DNA of 64,000 nucleotides from Candidatus Oxydemutatoraceae bacterium (GCA_965219575.1 OZ244779.1:748769-812768); one strand, 5' to 3'; positions 21,878 through 33,778 are shown, numbered from the stretch's first letter. Program-made: numbers and translations. The notes: generated from the sequence alone by a model not told the origin.

Positions 21878-21903
21878 ATATGGGCTTAAATGAAACTTTC
21901 AAG
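21878..21903 (-). promoter_or_regulatory. Putative sigma-32 promoter of dnaK
   Basis: Minus strand CTTGAAA-gtttcatttaag-CCCATAT, about 35 nt upstream of the dnaK ATG. Confidence 0.65.
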
Positions 21904-21904
21904 G

Positions 21905-22615
21905 TTACGAGCTTGTTTTAACTTTGTTTTTATTATTTTTTACCGTGTTTTCTGCTTTTTCCTCGGATTGTTTCTCCGAAATCGGATTTTCCGAGGGTGC
22001 CGATACTTCGGGTTGATTGGAGACGCAGACCATCGCCGGTCTCAACAGGCGGTCGTTCATTAAGTAGCCTTTCTGTAACACATTTAATATCGTATTGGGT
22101 GGTTTAGTCGTATCGGTCTGCGTCATCATGGCTTGGTGGTGTTCCGGATTAAAAATCTCTCCCTCGGGATTAATTTCTTTGATTCCGAATTTTTCAAAAG
22201 TCTGTCGGAGTAGTTTTAATGTCAACTCTATACCTTCGTGTAGTTTTTTGGCATCTTCCTTGATATTGACCTGCAAACCCATTTCCAAACTATCTTTGAT
22301 TGCTAGTAGTTCGACTGCGAATTGCTCGTTGGCATAATTACGTATTTGTGTAATTTCTCGTTCCGTGCGTTTCTTGAAATTTTCTAATTCGGCGCGACTA
22401 CGCATTAATTGGTCATAATATTCCGCTATTTGACCTTCCAGTTTCTTTATTTCGGCAGTGAAATCGGGTTCGGGTTGGGTCAGTGTCTCCGGGTTTTGTT
22501 GTTTTTTTAGATCTGCACCTTTCTGTGGTTGCTTGTGCGGATCAGCTTCGTCGGAATTGTTCGCCTCAGGTTGATCGCCGACCTGTTCACCAGAGGATGA
22601 TTTTGTGTCTTCCAT
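21905..22615 (-). CDS. grpE: Nucleotide exchange factor GrpE
   Basis: RAELENFKKR, FNPEHHQAM, QKGYLMNDRLLRPAMV. Confidence 0.97.
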   Translation of the reverse strand: MEDTKSSSGEQVGDQPEANNSDEADPHKQPQKGADLKKQQNPETLTQPEPDFTAEIKKLEGQIAEYYDQLMRSRAELENFKKRTEREITQIRNYANEQFAVELLAIKDSLEMGLQVNIKEDAKKLHEGIELTLKLLRQTFEKFGIKEINPEGEIFNPEHHQAMMTQTDTTKPPNTILNVLQKGYLMNDRLLRPAMVCVSNQPEVSAPSENPISEKQSEEKAENTVKNNKNKVKTSS

Positions 22616-22658
22616 TTATGTGGTTCCTTTTTGATATTAACGATGTTTGCCTACTACT

Positions 22659-22684
22659 ATATAGGTGGTTTTGTTGCTTTCAAG
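22659..22684 (-). promoter_or_regulatory. Putative sigma-32 promoter of grpE
   Basis: Minus strand CTTGAAA-gcaacaaaacca-CCTATAT, the same spacing as the dnaK motif. Confidence 0.6.
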
Positions 22685-22726
22685 TTGAATATTAAAGATT
22701 GTTTTCAAAGGTAATGTATCGTGTAA

Positions 22727-23470
22727 CTATTGTGGGGTGTCTGTGGCGTAGTTTTGCATAGCTTTTTCCAAATCGGATTTATACAGAGGCCAGTATTTTT
22801 GGAAGAATTCATACTCGTCGGCCAGTTCGGAGCATCGTTGGTCTATTGTTAATTTTGCATTCGGATATTTAGAATATATTTCATAACTGGATGCCTTCTC
22901 TTCAGGGCGCATATTTTTTTTGGCGGTGATACTTTGAAATGTTTCTAAAAGTCCGGGGCAATCTATTTTTGTCTCCAGTTCTTTTATATCTTCCGCTAGA
23001 TTTTCGTATCTGATTAAGAAATCGGCTAATATATCTCCATTTTCATGCAAACCACATAATTTTTCTAATATTTGTTTATCTTCAATAACAACTTCCTCAA
23101 AATTTTTATTGAGTGGTTTTTTTCTCTTTTCCTGAAGTCTATGTTTTTTGAAATAATAAAACGAAATATACGCATCGTAAGGACAGCGAATAGTAGCTAT
23201 TTTCAAGTAACTATCCCAAACATCTTTTGGTATAAGTTTTCTCACCGTTGACCCTTCAATATGGGCAGCTTGTTTAGGTTCTGATATTATATTTTTATAA
23301 TTCTGCGCGCCACGGTAGTATCCCATCGATTTCCATAGCCTCCCTTCGGGGTATATAGGGGTAAGAATGTCGTCCGGCCCGCAGTATTTTGAAAGTGCAA
23401 TTTCAAAAGATGAACCGGCAACTTTGACTAGTTTTATATATATTACTTTTGTTTTATGAGATATAATCAC
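22727..23470 (-). CDS. Sulfotransferase-family protein, paralog 1 (AT-rich)
   Basis: MIISHK..IYIKLVKVAGSS, IRCPYDAYISFYYF, FLIRYENL. Confidence 0.8.
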   Translation of the reverse strand: MIISHKTKVIYIKLVKVAGSSFEIALSKYCGPDDILTPIYPEGRLWKSMGYYRGAQNYKNIISEPKQAAHIEGSTVRKLIPKDVWDSYLKIATIRCPYDAYISFYYFKKHRLQEKRKKPLNKNFEEVVIEDKQILEKLCGLHENGDILADFLIRYENLAEDIKELETKIDCPGLLETFQSITAKKNMRPEEKASSYEIYSKYPNAKLTIDQRCSELADEYEFFQKYWPLYKSDLEKAMQNYATDTPQ

Positions 23471-23522
23471 TTGAAATTAGAACTTAATCAATAGCTTAAG
23501 TATAACAAGCATGTAGCTATTT

Positions 23523-24578
23523 GTGAAAAACTACTTCTACCTTATTTATAAATACAGCATGATACTTGGGAGGGAAATGACATATCTCTGGAGAAAGCTG
23601 AAATTCAGAATACTTACTTTTTATTTATTTAGTGTTCTTTATATTAATATTCAGAATTTTCGTAGGCGAAACAGCTGGACCTTTAAGAAGTGGGTGTTAA
23701 AGCATTATAAAAAAAGCAAATTATTAGAGGATGTTTTTGTTTATAGAAAATGTGTCATCATAGAATTCTCGGATTTTGACCGTAGTACTACGGCTTTATT
23801 TCGTTATTCAATCGGTTATGCATGGCTTTGTGAAAAATTTAAAGTAAATTTTGAATTTACTTGTGATAGTAATGCTAAGGGAACAGAAACTTTTTTTGAG
23901 AATTATATCGATGTAGAGCAACATCGCAAAAAACACCCCGAATTTTATAAAATGGAAGCAAATATTTTCGATGAGGGCTTTCGTAAGATAAATATCACTC
24001 GTATCGGAGCATATCTAGTTCCTCCTCAATTCGGTCATAAAATATTATCAAAACTATCAATTAGATCCGACTTTGAGAAACATGCGGATGAGTATATTGA
24101 TCTTAGTACTAACGAGGACTGGGTTGCAGTTCACTTTCGTGGTACCGATATAATATCATGGGACAAAGCATCGTTCAGATACGTGATAACTCTTGAATCT
24201 TATATTGTTTACTTAAAAGAGGTATTAGATAATCACTGCCGTATATTTGCGTGTTCCGATCAAGCACAATTTATAGATAAGATGAATGTTGCATTTCCGG
24301 GCAGGGTGTTCGCAAGAGATATTCAACGATCAATCGATTATGAACCTCTACATAAAAGTAAAAATGATCGTCGGCAGAAAAAAGATGCCTTTATGGATCT
24401 GTTAGTCTTGGCAAGAGCCAAGCTGATATATACAACAGGTTCTGCTTTTGTAGATATAGTAAGATTCTTTAACCCTAAAACTAAAATCGTATCACTAGAC
24501 GGAAGGAAAATGGCGGGGAATAATTACATGCCTATTCCTAAAAAAGATTTATACGATAGTCTTTCTCGTAAAAAATAA
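23523..24578 (+). CDS. Putative GT-B fucosyltransferase (NodZ/GT23-like), paralog 1
   Basis: VAVHFRGTD (HxRxxD GDP-fucose-type motif), IFACSD, DAFMDLLVLARAKLIYTTGSAF. Confidence 0.7.
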   Translation: MKNYFYLIYKYSMILGREMTYLWRKLKFRILTFYLFSVLYINIQNFRRRNSWTFKKWVLKHYKKSKLLEDVFVYRKCVIIEFSDFDRSTTALFRYSIGYAWLCEKFKVNFEFTCDSNAKGTETFFENYIDVEQHRKKHPEFYKMEANIFDEGFRKINITRIGAYLVPPQFGHKILSKLSIRSDFEKHADEYIDLSTNEDWVAVHFRGTDIISWDKASFRYVITLESYIVYLKEVLDNHCRIFACSDQAQFIDKMNVAFPGRVFARDIQRSIDYEPLHKSKNDRRQKKDAFMDLLVLARAKLIYTTGSAFVDIVRFFNPKTKIVSLDGRKMAGNNYMPIPKKDLYDSLSRKK

Positions 24579-24657
24579 TTTCGGTATTTAATCGGCAGTG
24601 AGGCCATATCATCGGAGGATTTACACCGAGCAAATTTATGTAAAGTGATGTCGGTAA

Positions 24658-25389
24658 TTAGGTCTTGGTCAACCGATATGCTTCGATATCTCTCTCTAAT
24701 TTAGATTTATATGGAGGCCAGTATTTTTGGAAGAATTCATACTCGTCGGCCAGTTCGGAACATCGCTGGTCTATTATTAATTTTGCATTTGGATATTTAG
24801 AATACATTTCACAACTGGATGCTTTCTCTTTAAAACGTAAATTTTTTTTGGCAGTGATACTTTGAAATGTCTCTAGAAGTCCGAGGCAATCTATTTTGGC
24901 CTCTAGCTTTTTGATATCTTCCTCTAGGTGTTCGTATCTGATCAAGAAATCTGCTAGTATCTCTCCATCTTGGTGCAAACCACGTATTACATTGAAGCAT
25001 GGATTAGTTATAGTTAAGTATTTTTCGAAGGCTCCTTTTTTTGCTCTTTTTCCCTTACTGTTAAAGAAATAGTACGCCGATATTAACATATCATAAGGGC
25101 AACGAATGGTCGCAACTTTTAGATAATCATTCCAAATAGGTTCCGGTACCAATCTTTTTATTTTTCTTGCCGAAGTATGGTTTACAAACTTGGGTGTTTG
25201 CGTTTCGGGATCCATATAATTTTGTGCTTCAAGCAATCCTAAACGTCCTCGATATTTTTTACCGTCTCCTTTTATCGGTGTGAGAATGTCGTCGGGACCA
25301 CAGTATTTCGATAAGGCCAGTTCAAACGATGTGCCGGCAACTTTGACTAGTTTTATATAAATAACTTTTAGTTTGTGTGAAATAATCAT
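24658..25389 (-). CDS. Sulfotransferase-family protein, paralog 2
   Basis: MIISHKLKVIYIKLVKVAGTS, IRCPYDMLISAYYF. C-terminal half nearly identical to 22727-23470. Start set to the MIISH ATG. Confidence 0.8.
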   Translation of the reverse strand: MIISHKLKVIYIKLVKVAGTSFELALSKYCGPDDILTPIKGDGKKYRGRLGLLEAQNYMDPETQTPKFVNHTSARKIKRLVPEPIWNDYLKVATIRCPYDMLISAYYFFNSKGKRAKKGAFEKYLTITNPCFNVIRGLHQDGEILADFLIRYEHLEEDIKKLEAKIDCLGLLETFQSITAKKNLRFKEKASSCEMYSKYPNAKLIIDQRCSELADEYEFFQKYWPPYKSKLERDIEAYRLTKT

Positions 25390-25412
25390 TCGTACAATTA
25401 TTCTATAAACTA

Positions 25413-26603
25413 TCAACTTCTGCACAATAGGATACGACAAAAATTACGCTTGCCGACTTGATATATATGTTCGGTTCCTACCTTAATCTGTACATCTCTG
25501 GATATTACTTTGACCCCGTCTATACGCACGGCACCTTGTGCAATCATGCGATTAGCTTCGGATGTAGAGCGCATCATAGACGATTCTTTTAATAATTTTG
25601 GGAGGGTCAAGCTGTCGCTGTCGACATGAACTTTGCAATGTTCAATATCGTCCGGTATTTGTCCGTGGCTGAAGCGCGCAAGAAAATCGGTTTTGGCATC
25701 AACGGCGGTAGCTTTGTCGTGAAAACGAGCAACGATTTCCTCGGCTAGCGTCATTTTAATATCTCTCGGATTTACTCCGTCGGCTACCGATTTCTTCAAA
25801 TCGTCAATTTCCGTTTTAGACTTAAAGCTCAATAGTTCAAAATAACGCCACATTAATTGATCCGAGACCGACATCAGTTTCCCGTACATTTCTTTGTGCG
25901 ATTCGGCAATACCGATATAGTTATTGAGCGACTTGGACATTTTCTGTTTACCGTCCAACCCCTCTAGAATGGGCATCGTCATGACAATCTGCGGTGCGAG
26001 TTCCCAGTCTTTTTGTAGCTCCCTGCCTACCAGTAGATTGAATTTTTGATCGGTGCCGCCGAGTTCTATATCGGCTTTCAATTCAACCGAGTCGTAGCCT
26101 TGAAATAGCGGGTACAAAAACTCGTGGATGCCTATAGCGTGTTCTTTGCTATAACGTTTTTTGAAGTCGTCGCGCTCCATCATCCGAGCGACCGTATGTT
26201 TGGCCGATAGTTTGACTATCTCCGCCGCCGATAACTTCCCGAGCCATCGAGAATTGAAAAGAATTTCTGTTTTGTCGGGATCGAGTATCTTATAGATCTG
26301 CTTTTTATAACTCTCTGCGTTTTCTTTAATCTGCTCCGCGGACATAGGTTTTCGGGTTACATTCCTGCCCGACGGATCGCCGATTAGCGCAGTGAAATCT
26401 CCGACGAGGAACTTTACGATATGTCCGTGTTTTTGGAAATAGCGTAGCTTATTGATTAGCACGGTATGTCCCAAGTGTAAATCGGGCGCAGTCGGATCAA
26501 AACCAGCTTTTACGATTAAAGGTCTGTTAAGTTTAAGACGTTGTTTTAGTTCCTCGAGGGATATGATTTCCTCGATGCCGCGTAATAATTCTTTAATATC
26601 CAT
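25413..26603 (-). CDS. tyrS: Tyrosine--tRNA ligase
   Basis: [28 protein letters not shown]4 domain. Confidence 0.98.
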   Translation of the reverse strand: MDIKELLRGIEEIISLEELKQRLKLNRPLIVKAGFDPTAPDLHLGHTVLINKLRYFQKHGHIVKFLVGDFTALIGDPSGRNVTRKPMSAEQIKENAESYKKQIYKILDPDKTEILFNSRWLGKLSAAEIVKLSAKHTVARMMERDDFKKRYSKEHAIGIHEFLYPLFQGYDSVELKADIELGGTDQKFNLLVGRELQKDWELAPQIVMTMPILEGLDGKQKMSKSLNNYIGIAESHKEMYGKLMSVSDQLMWRYFELLSFKSKTEIDDLKKSVADGVNPRDIKMTLAEEIVARFHDKATAVDAKTDFLARFSHGQIPDDIEHCKVHVDSDSLTLPKLLKESSMMRSTSEANRMIAQGAVRIDGVKVISRDVQIKVGTEHIYQVGKRNFCRILLCRS

Positions 26604-26641
26604 CGTTCTCTGTTATAATCTGAAAAAAATTATTCAGTCTA

Positions 26642-28105
26642 ATGATTAATAAACGAATTCTACAGCATCGGCACCAAAAGGACAAAGGCGCAACGAGGTT
26701 TTTTATTACGCTTACACTATTGTTGTCTCTAACCGTGTTCATACTCGCGATGAATTCATCGGAATCCAATTTTGAGAAGCATGCATTCGTCGCTTTGCTC
26801 GACAATCAATTGGTAGAAGCATTGCCGAACATCATGGGTCCCACACCGGCAATGGGCGGCGGTTTGTCGGATATAGATATAGTAGAATCACCGGCAGACG
26901 AACAAACCGTGTATACTGCAGAACAAGCGAATGACTCTCGGGCTTTGGCATTGGCACAACCCGCCTTGTCGAAATCATCGAAAACACGCACGGAAACCAA
27001 ACCCGATATCGTATATTCACACACCGTTAAAACCGGTGAGACTTTCTCGCACATATTGGAGGAATACGGAAACTACGGCGTGATCAGAAAACTCATGGAA
27101 ACTAACACAAAATTAGGGCCTTTTAATTCTTTGATAGTGGGCCGAAAAATAATATTCACGAAAAAGGGCGAAGTTTTATCGGATATCGATTATCAAATAT
27201 CCCCTCTGCGGAGTTATAAAATTAGCCTACAAAAAGACGGTAGCTATAAAATCGTCGAAGAGATATCGGAAATTGAGAAATTAGAAACACACGCCACCGT
27301 CGAAATTGCCGACTCTTTATACTTATCTGCAAAGCGCATAGGTTTATCCGACAAACTGATTATCTCTATTGCCAACATTATGGAATGGGATATAGACTTT
27401 GCCTACGACATACGCAAAGGCGATCATTTTTCGGTTATTTACTACGAGAATTACGCGAATGGCAAAAAAATAGACGACGGCCCTATACTCGCTTTGCGCT
27501 TCACGAATAACGGCAAAGATTATCGTATCGTTCGTTATACCGACTCCGAGGAATACACCGATTACTATTTTCTTGACGGGAGAAAGGTGCGCAAGGCTTT
27601 TTTGCGCAACCCGCTCGAGTTTGCCTATATCAGCTCGCGTTTCAACCCCAGGCGCATGCACCCCATACTGCATAGAGTACGCGCCCATAAAGGTGTAGAT
27701 TATGCGGCGAGACGAGGAACTCCGGTGCGTGCTTCGGGAGACGGAAGAATTTCTACCCGGCAATTTCATAACGGTTACGGTAATACCGTTGTCCTACAAC
27801 ACGGCGGTGGTTATAGTACGCTTTATGCCCACCTTTCAAAGTTTGCCGATAGGCAACGCATAGGTTCTTGGGTTAAGCAAGGACAGGTTGTCGGTTATGT
27901 GGGTTCAACCGGTGTTTCAACCGGACCGCATCTACATTATGAGTTTAGAGTCAACGGTGTACATAAAAATCCGTTGACCGTAAAATTACCGGATGCCGTA
28001 CCGCTGGCAAAATCGGAAATGCCTCGCTTTAACGAGCATATCGAACCTATTATAGAAAAACTGCATCTTTTAGACGACGCTTATATAGCCGGCAAAAATC
28101 CTTAG
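26642..28105 (+). CDS. M23 peptidoglycan endopeptidase (OapA/MepM-like)
   Basis: HKGVDYAA, YAHLS, STGPHLHYEF; conserved position between tyrS and anmK. Confidence 0.92.
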   Translation: MINKRILQHRHQKDKGATRFFITLTLLLSLTVFILAMNSSESNFEKHAFVALLDNQLVEALPNIMGPTPAMGGGLSDIDIVESPADEQTVYTAEQANDSRALALAQPALSKSSKTRTETKPDIVYSHTVKTGETFSHILEEYGNYGVIRKLMETNTKLGPFNSLIVGRKIIFTKKGEVLSDIDYQISPLRSYKISLQKDGSYKIVEEISEIEKLETHATVEIADSLYLSAKRIGLSDKLIISIANIMEWDIDFAYDIRKGDHFSVIYYENYANGKKIDDGPILALRFTNNGKDYRIVRYTDSEEYTDYYFLDGRKVRKAFLRNPLEFAYISSRFNPRRMHPILHRVRAHKGVDYAARRGTPVRASGDGRISTRQFHNGYGNTVVLQHGGGYSTLYAHLSKFADRQRIGSWVKQGQVVGYVGSTGVSTGPHLHYEFRVNGVHKNPLTVKLPDAVPLAKSEMPRFNEHIEPIIEKLHLLDDAYIAGKNP

Positions 28106-28119
28106 CAGCTGCGGACACT

Positions 28120-29235
28120 TTGACGGTTATGAACGAAGTGTTTATAGGCGCATTGTCCGGTACCAGCATGGATGCGATTGATATCGCTGCGGTTGATTTC
28201 TCTGCCGAGTATCCTTTGTTGTCGGCACATGCGAACTATCCGATTGCCGAAGATTTAATTGCGCATGCAAAAAGTATGCAATCCGATGCGTGTCGTCTAA
28301 GCGAATATGTGCAATTGGATTATAAATTCGGGAAATTATTTGCCGATTGCATCAACGACTTTATAGCTCGCCAAAAACTTCCGAGGCCGGCGATTGTGGC
28401 GATAGGATTGCACGGGCAGACGGTTTTGCACGACACTCGGCATGCATCGCCTTTGACACTGCAGATTGCCGACCCGAATGTTGTCGCCTATCAAACCGGG
28501 GTCACCGTTGTTGCGGATTTTCGGCGAGCCGATATCGCTGCCGGAGGGCAAGGGGCTCCGCTAGCTCCCGCACTGCACGCACAACTATTTGCAGAAATCG
28601 ATAAAAAGCAGGCTGTCGTCAACATAGGTGGGATTGCCAATATCACCGTACTCGACGGCGAGCAGGTAGTCGTCGGTTTTGATACCGGTCCCGGGAATTG
28701 TTTGCTGGATGCTTGGTGTTGGAAACATAACGAGCAAGGTTACGATCAAGACGGTCGATGGGCTGCTGCGCATGTTCCCGACACGAAATTGTTAGAGGCT
28801 ATGTTGACAGATCCTTTTTTTGTTAAGACTCCGCCTAAAAGTACCTGCACAGGTTATTTCTCTCTAGATTGGTTGGAGGGTTATATCAAAAAAAGTGATT
28901 CGCCGAGCCTCGGTGATATCGCTGCAACCCTGACCGAGCTTACTGCGATTACGATTGCCGATTCACTAAAAACATGCATGACCGAAAACGACGAAGTGCT
29001 GGTTTGTGGCGGCGGAGTACACAATAGGCATTTAATGGATTGCCTGCGTAGACATACCCGAATGAATGTCATTAGCACAGCGGATAGGGGTGTCGATCCG
29101 GATTGGGTTGAAGCGATATTGTTTGCGTGGCTTGCCAAGCGGCGCATAGAAAATCGTAGCGGGATCATCTCGGCACTTACGGGGGCGCATGAGGCGACAT
29201 TATCGGGTGCTATTTACCGCACCCGGCAAGCGTAA
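28120..29235 (+). CDS. anmK: Anhydro-N-acetylmuramic acid kinase
   Basis: SGTSMDAID, HGQTV, DFRRADIAAGGQGAPL, NIGGIAN, GFDTGPGN. Confidence 0.96.
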   Translation: MTVMNEVFIGALSGTSMDAIDIAAVDFSAEYPLLSAHANYPIAEDLIAHAKSMQSDACRLSEYVQLDYKFGKLFADCINDFIARQKLPRPAIVAIGLHGQTVLHDTRHASPLTLQIADPNVVAYQTGVTVVADFRRADIAAGGQGAPLAPALHAQLFAEIDKKQAVVNIGGIANITVLDGEQVVVGFDTGPGNCLLDAWCWKHNEQGYDQDGRWAAAHVPDTKLLEAMLTDPFFVKTPPKSTCTGYFSLDWLEGYIKKSDSPSLGDIAATLTELTAITIADSLKTCMTENDEVLVCGGGVHNRHLMDCLRRHTRMNVISTADRGVDPDWVEAILFAWLAKRRIENRSGIISALTGAHEATLSGAIYRTRQA

Positions 29236-29243
29236 AATACTAT

Positions 29244-29582
29244 TTAAGCGGGCGAGAAAGACGAACCGCAACCACAGGTCGTTGCCGCATTCGGATTGCG
29301 GATAACGAATTGCGCTCCTTCTAAACCTTCGCTGTAGTCAATTTCCGCACCCCTTAGATATTGGTAGCTCATCGGGTCTACCAGTAAAGTGACACCGCAT
29401 TTTTCGAACGAAGCGTCGCCTTCTTGAAGGTTCTCGTCAAAGGTAAAGCCGTATTGAAAACCGGAGCAACCGCCGCCGGTTATAAAGACACGCAACTTCA
29501 ATTTGTCGTTTTTCTCTTCTTCTATTAAATGCTTTACCTTAGTAGCAGCTGCTTCGGTAAATACTAAATTTTGTTCTGCCAT
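29244..29582 (-). CDS. erpA: Fe-S cluster insertion protein ErpA
   Basis: [25 protein letters not shown]. Start set to MAEQNL. Confidence 0.95.
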   Translation of the reverse strand: MAEQNLVFTEAAATKVKHLIEEEKNDKLKLRVFITGGGCSGFQYGFTFDENLQEGDASFEKCGVTLLVDPMSYQYLRGAEIDYSEGLEGAQFVIRNPNAATTCGCGSSFSPA

Positions 29583-29639
29583 CTCGGATACTCCATATTT
29601 AAGATAGATATAGTAGCACAGAACCGTCACTTGTTGCAT

Positions 29640-29766
29640 AGAACCGCCGATTGAGCCAAATAACCGTTCCTTGTTGCAGTAGCACAAGGAACGTTACGTT
29701 ATACGAGGTTTAATTATTTATGGCTATTAGAAATAACCCGAATGTCAAAGGTCAATCGGCGGTTCT
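29640..29766. repeat. Split REP-like palindrome: 15-bp perfect inverted repeat enclosing about 95 bp
   Basis: AGAACCGCCGATTGA (29640-29654) and TCAATCGGCGGTTCT (29752-29766). Internal hairpin cgttccttgt-tgcagtagc-acaaggaacg. Confidence 0.85.
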
Positions 29767-29767
29767 G

Positions 29768-29844
29768 TGGTGCCCCTGAGATGATTCGAACATCCGACCC
29801 ACGCTTTAGGAGAGCGTTGCTCTATCCAACTGAGCTACAGGGGC
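29768..29844 (-). tRNA. tRNA-Arg(CCT)
   Basis: Reverse complement GCCCCTGTAGCTCAGTTGGATAGAGCA; anticodon arm ACGCT-CTCCTAA-AGCGT; GTTCGAATC; CCA; 77 nt. Confidence 0.96.
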
Positions 29845-29851
29845 ATCGTGG

Positions 29852-30247
29852 TTATTCTATAAGAGATTGGTTTGTGGAGGGTACATAGCCGTCTTGACAA
29901 TGCTCTACCGTCACCGAAGTTTGTATGCCGCCGCGCACGTTAAAATCGGCAATAAGTTTCATAAACCGAGGTTCGATCGCCGAGCGGAGATGATCTAGAA
30001 TCTCGTTGCTAACCGCTTCGTGAAATGCCGGTTGATCCCTGAAAGTCCACATATAGTTTTTTAGGCTTTTTAGTTCTATGCACAATTTGTCGGGTATATA
30101 ACTCAGATATAAATGGGCGAAATCGGGTTGCCCACTGAGCGGGCATAAGCAGGTAAACTCGGGAATATCTATATCAATGGTATAATCACGGTCAACTCTA
30201 GGGTTTTCAAAAGTTTCTATATTTTTGGTGGGCTTGCGATTCGACAT
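29852..30247 (-). CDS. queF: PreQ1 synthase (type I QueF)
   Basis: [34 protein letters not shown]. Confidence 0.95.
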   Translation of the reverse strand: MSNRKPTKNIETFENPRVDRDYTIDIDIPEFTCLCPLSGQPDFAHLYLSYIPDKLCIELKSLKNYMWTFRDQPAFHEAVSNEILDHLRSAIEPRFMKLIADFNVRGGIQTSVTVEHCQDGYVPSTNQSLIE

Positions 30248-30286
30248 AATTCTTAACCTTTGGTTATCTATTTTAATACAACGAAA

Positions 30287-33200
30287 ATGAAACTTGAAAA
30301 GATAAAGTTAGTGGGGTTTAAGTCTTTTCCCGATCAAGTCACAATTGATATTCTATCAAATGTGACCGCCATCGTGGGTCCTAACGGCTGCGGTAAATCC
30401 AATATCGTCGATGCGGTGAGTTGGGCATTGGGACACGATGCACGCGAAGTACGGGCAGCTTACGCAGACGATGTTATTTTTAGCGGCACCGGTGCCCGCA
30501 AGGCGATGGGCTTGGCTTCGGCGGAATTATTATTCGACAACGCCGACAACAACGCCGGCGGACAGTACGCTTCGTATAATCAGATTTCGATACGCCGTAG
30601 TGTCGATCGTAACAGAGAATCGAAGTACTTTATAAACAACACACGTTGTCGCCGACGCGACATACACGATATTTTTGCAAACACCGGTTTAGGCACACAC
30701 GGCTATGCGATTATAGAACAAGGCATGATATCTCGTATCATAGAAGCTAAACCCGACGAAATGCGACTGTATATAGAAGAGGTAGCGGGCATATCTAAAT
30801 ATCGCGACCGTAAGCGTGATGCCGAAACTCGCATGCGTCATACCCGCGAAAATCTTGCACGAGTACGCGATATTCGCGAAGAGATCGATAAGCAACTGAG
30901 AAAACTTAAACGCCAAGCCGGAGATGCCGAGAGATTTAAGAAGTTAAAAGATACACAGCATAAACTAAGTATCCGGATGCTTGTTTTGGAATATCGTCAA
31001 TACGACAAACAGCGTTTGCATCACGAAAAACAGCTATCCGAATTTCGGCTGCAGCTGGAGAGCAATCAAACCGAGATTACTGCATCGGAAACCCGAACGC
31101 AAGAATTTCGTTTAACGCAAGACGAATGGAACGAAAAGCTCAATCAAACCCGCGAACGTTTCTATGCGCTCAACGCAGACATCGCCGGCGTAGAGCAAGA
31201 TATCGCAAATCGCCGCAAAAATGCCGAGCAACTTTCTCAAGAGCGGGGAGCGATAGAACAGGCAATGCAGAAATGCGAGGCGCGTGATGAAGCGCAAGCG
31301 CGAAGAAGGTCGCAATTACGGCAGAAACTACAAGCCGTGGAGGAAGCTATCGTACAAGCAAACGATAAGATGGCGGCGTATCAACGGCAACTCGACGAGG
31401 CCGAGCAAAAGCAAAGCCAACTCAGATCCGAATGGGATAGTCACCACAGCAGTGGCAAGGAAGTATTGGATAATGTAGAGGTCTATCTCGTCAAGATAGA
31501 CTATTGCGTCAAAGAACTCGATAATACACGAAGCCGAATATCGGAGATAACCGAACGGCGGGCGGCGATACAGCCGGATACCGCAAAAGCGCAACTCGCA
31601 CAAGAACGGCACGAACTACAAACTTTAGAACAAACTTTATCGCTATACGAACAAGATATTCGCGATCATACCGACGACGTTACACAACTGCAATCTCGGA
31701 TTGACGGCACTTTGAAAGATACCCACGAAGCCGGTATTTATGTGCAGAATCTACGCGGCAGACTCGCGTCGCTGAAAGCACTACAAGAAGAAGCGGTGGG
31801 ACAAGCACCGGAGGGTTTTACCGATTGGCTGAAAAAAAATAATCTATCCGATATCAAAAAGGTAGTGGATTATTTAGAGGTAGAAGCGGGTTGGGAGAGA
31901 GCTGTGGAACAAGTACTCGGTCATATGCTAAGCGGTATAGAGGTAGATGCGCTCGATAACTATACGAAGACTTCTTCGCAAATAAAGTCCGGACGATTGA
32001 CGATGATTGAATCCGCCACGCCACCTGCCGACATACCGCAAGACTCTCTTGCCGTTAAAATCAAAAACAGTACTGCGATAAAGGCTTTATTGGCTCATAT
32101 CTATATAGCGGATAATTCGGAACTTGCAATGCAGCGACGTGATCGGCTTGCCTCCTATGAATCATTGATAACTGCAGAGGGTTTGTGGCTAGGCAGACAT
32201 TGGATGCAACTGCACGGAAACTGCGAGCAGAACGGAATGTTGTCTAGACGCCGTGAAATAGAACAACTACAAAGCGAGATAACGGCTGCGGATAAAAAAG
32301 TAAGCGATTTACAGACGCAAACATCGTCGTTGCGCGATCGCTTGCGGGCTTGTGAGGAAGCACGCGAGCGGATACGCCTTAAACTTCAAACTTGTATGAA
32401 CGATATTTCCGATATTAAATTACAAATACAGCAAACCGAAATCAGGATCAAACAAGAAAACGATTTAATACAGAGTCTGGACAATGAATTGACTCGGCTG
32501 GGTGAGCGAGAAATCGATATGCGTAAACAAAGCGAGGTGTTGCAAAAGAATTACGAACGGGCTACGGCTGTGGCATCCGGACACGACACCAGCGGTAGCG
32601 CGCTCGAGCAACAGCGCGTAGAAAGCGAAGAAGCGGTTGCAGCAACCAGAAATCGGATCTCCGAACAGCAACGGCAGATGCACGAAATAGACATAGAGCA
32701 ACATTCCTTGATTACCGAACTCAAGGGCTTGGACGAAGCGGTGGAGCAAAACCGACAACAACACACCGATTTAATACATCGACGCGAAGCGATGCACGAG
32801 GCTACACAAAACTCGCGTGAACCTATTGCCCGAAAGCAAGCGGAAATTCAAGGACTGATCGATAAAAGAGAGGAACTCGGAGCGACGATTTCGGAGTGTA
32901 ATAAGACACTAAAAGATGTTCAATCACAAATACACGAATTGGAAGCGCAACATAAATCGTTGCACGAAACTAGAGAAAATATGCAAGCACAACACGAGCA
33001 ACTGCACGGTTCACACCAAACAGCAGTGATGCGTTGCAACGATTTAAGAAAAAAACTATCGAATGTCGACTCGGCACCGGAACAACTCGTCGATACCGAG
33101 GCAGCCGAGGATATAACACAGGTTCGAGCCGAGCTCGAAAAAGTGGAACAGAAAATCAGCCGTATGGGTTCGATCAATCTAATTGCGATAGAGGAATTCG

Positions 33201-33778
33201 AGGAATTGAGCGCACGCAAATCGTATTTAGACGATCAAAATCAAGACTTGGTTTCGGCACTCGAGTCCATACAGCAAGCGATCGGTAGGATCGATCGTGA
33301 GAGCAAAGAGAAATTCAAAAACACCTTCGAGCAGATCAACGATAAGCTCGGTGCCCTATTCAAGCGTCTATTCAACGGTGGCTACGCACGCTTAGAACTG
33401 GTCGAGCAAAACTGGCTGGAAAGTGGTGTATCGATCATGGTATACCCGCCGGGTAAAAAATTATCCTCGATACGCTTGTTATCGGGAGGAGAGAAAGCAT
33501 TGTCGGCACTTGCGGTGGTATTCGCTATTTTTGAGTTAAGGCCTGCACCTTTTTGTATATTGGACGAAGTAGATGCGCCGTTGGACGAAAATAATATATT
33601 AAATTTTTGCAAGCTGATAGACGACATGAGTGAGAAAGTACAGTTTATGGTTATCACCCATAGTCGCTTGACTATGGAGAGTGTCAATGCCTTGATCGGT
33701 GTTACGATGGCGGAACCGGGTGTCTCTAGGCTGGTTTCGGTTAATGTCGAAGAGGCGGTGCAAATGACAAGCGGATAA
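30287..33778 (+). CDS. smc: Chromosome segregation protein SMC
   Basis: [14 protein letters not shown], coiled coils and hinge, [16 protein letters not shown]. Confidence 0.97.
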   Translation: MKLEKIKLVGFKSFPDQVTIDILSNVTAIVGPNGCGKSNIVDAVSWALGHDAREVRAAYADDVIFSGTGARKAMGLASAELLFDNADNNAGGQYASYNQISIRRSVDRNRESKYFINNTRCRRRDIHDIFANTGLGTHGYAIIEQGMISRIIEAKPDEMRLYIEEVAGISKYRDRKRDAETRMRHTRENLARVRDIREEIDKQLRKLKRQAGDAERFKKLKDTQHKLSIRMLVLEYRQYDKQRLHHEKQLSEFRLQLESNQTEITASETRTQEFRLTQDEWNEKLNQTRERFYALNADIAGVEQDIANRRKNAEQLSQERGAIEQAMQKCEARDEAQARRRSQLRQKLQAVEEAIVQANDKMAAYQRQLDEAEQKQSQLRSEWDSHHSSGKEVLDNVEVYLVKIDYCVKELDNTRSRISEITERRAAIQPDTAKAQLAQERHELQTLEQTLSLYEQDIRDHTDDVTQLQSRIDGTLKDTHEAGIYVQNLRGRLASLKALQEEAVGQAPEGFTDWLKKNNLSDIKKVVDYLEVEAGWERAVEQVLGHMLSGIEVDALDNYTKTSSQIKSGRLTMIESATPPADIPQDSLAVKIKNSTAIKALLAHIYIADNSELAMQRRDRLASYESLITAEGLWLGRHWMQLHGNCEQNGMLSRRREIEQLQSEITAADKKVSDLQTQTSSLRDRLRACEEARERIRLKLQTCMNDISDIKLQIQQTEIRIKQENDLIQSLDNELTRLGEREIDMRKQSEVLQKNYERATAVASGHDTSGSALEQQRVESEEAVAATRNRISEQQRQMHEIDIEQHSLITELKGLDEAVEQNRQQHTDLIHRREAMHEATQNSREPIARKQAEIQGLIDKREELGATISECNKTLKDVQSQIHELEAQHKSLHETRENMQAQHEQLHGSHQTAVMRCNDLRKKLSNVDSAPEQLVDTEAAEDITQVRAELEKVEQKISRMGSINLIAIEEFEELSARKSYLDDQNQDLVSALESIQQAIGRIDRESKEKFKNTFEQINDKLGALFKRLFNGGYARLELVEQNWLESGVSIMVYPPGKKLSSIRLLSGGEKALSALAVVFAIFELRPAPFCILDEVDAPLDENNILNFCKLIDDMSEKVQFMVITHSRLTMESVNALIGVTMAEPGVSRLVSVNVEEAVQMTSG

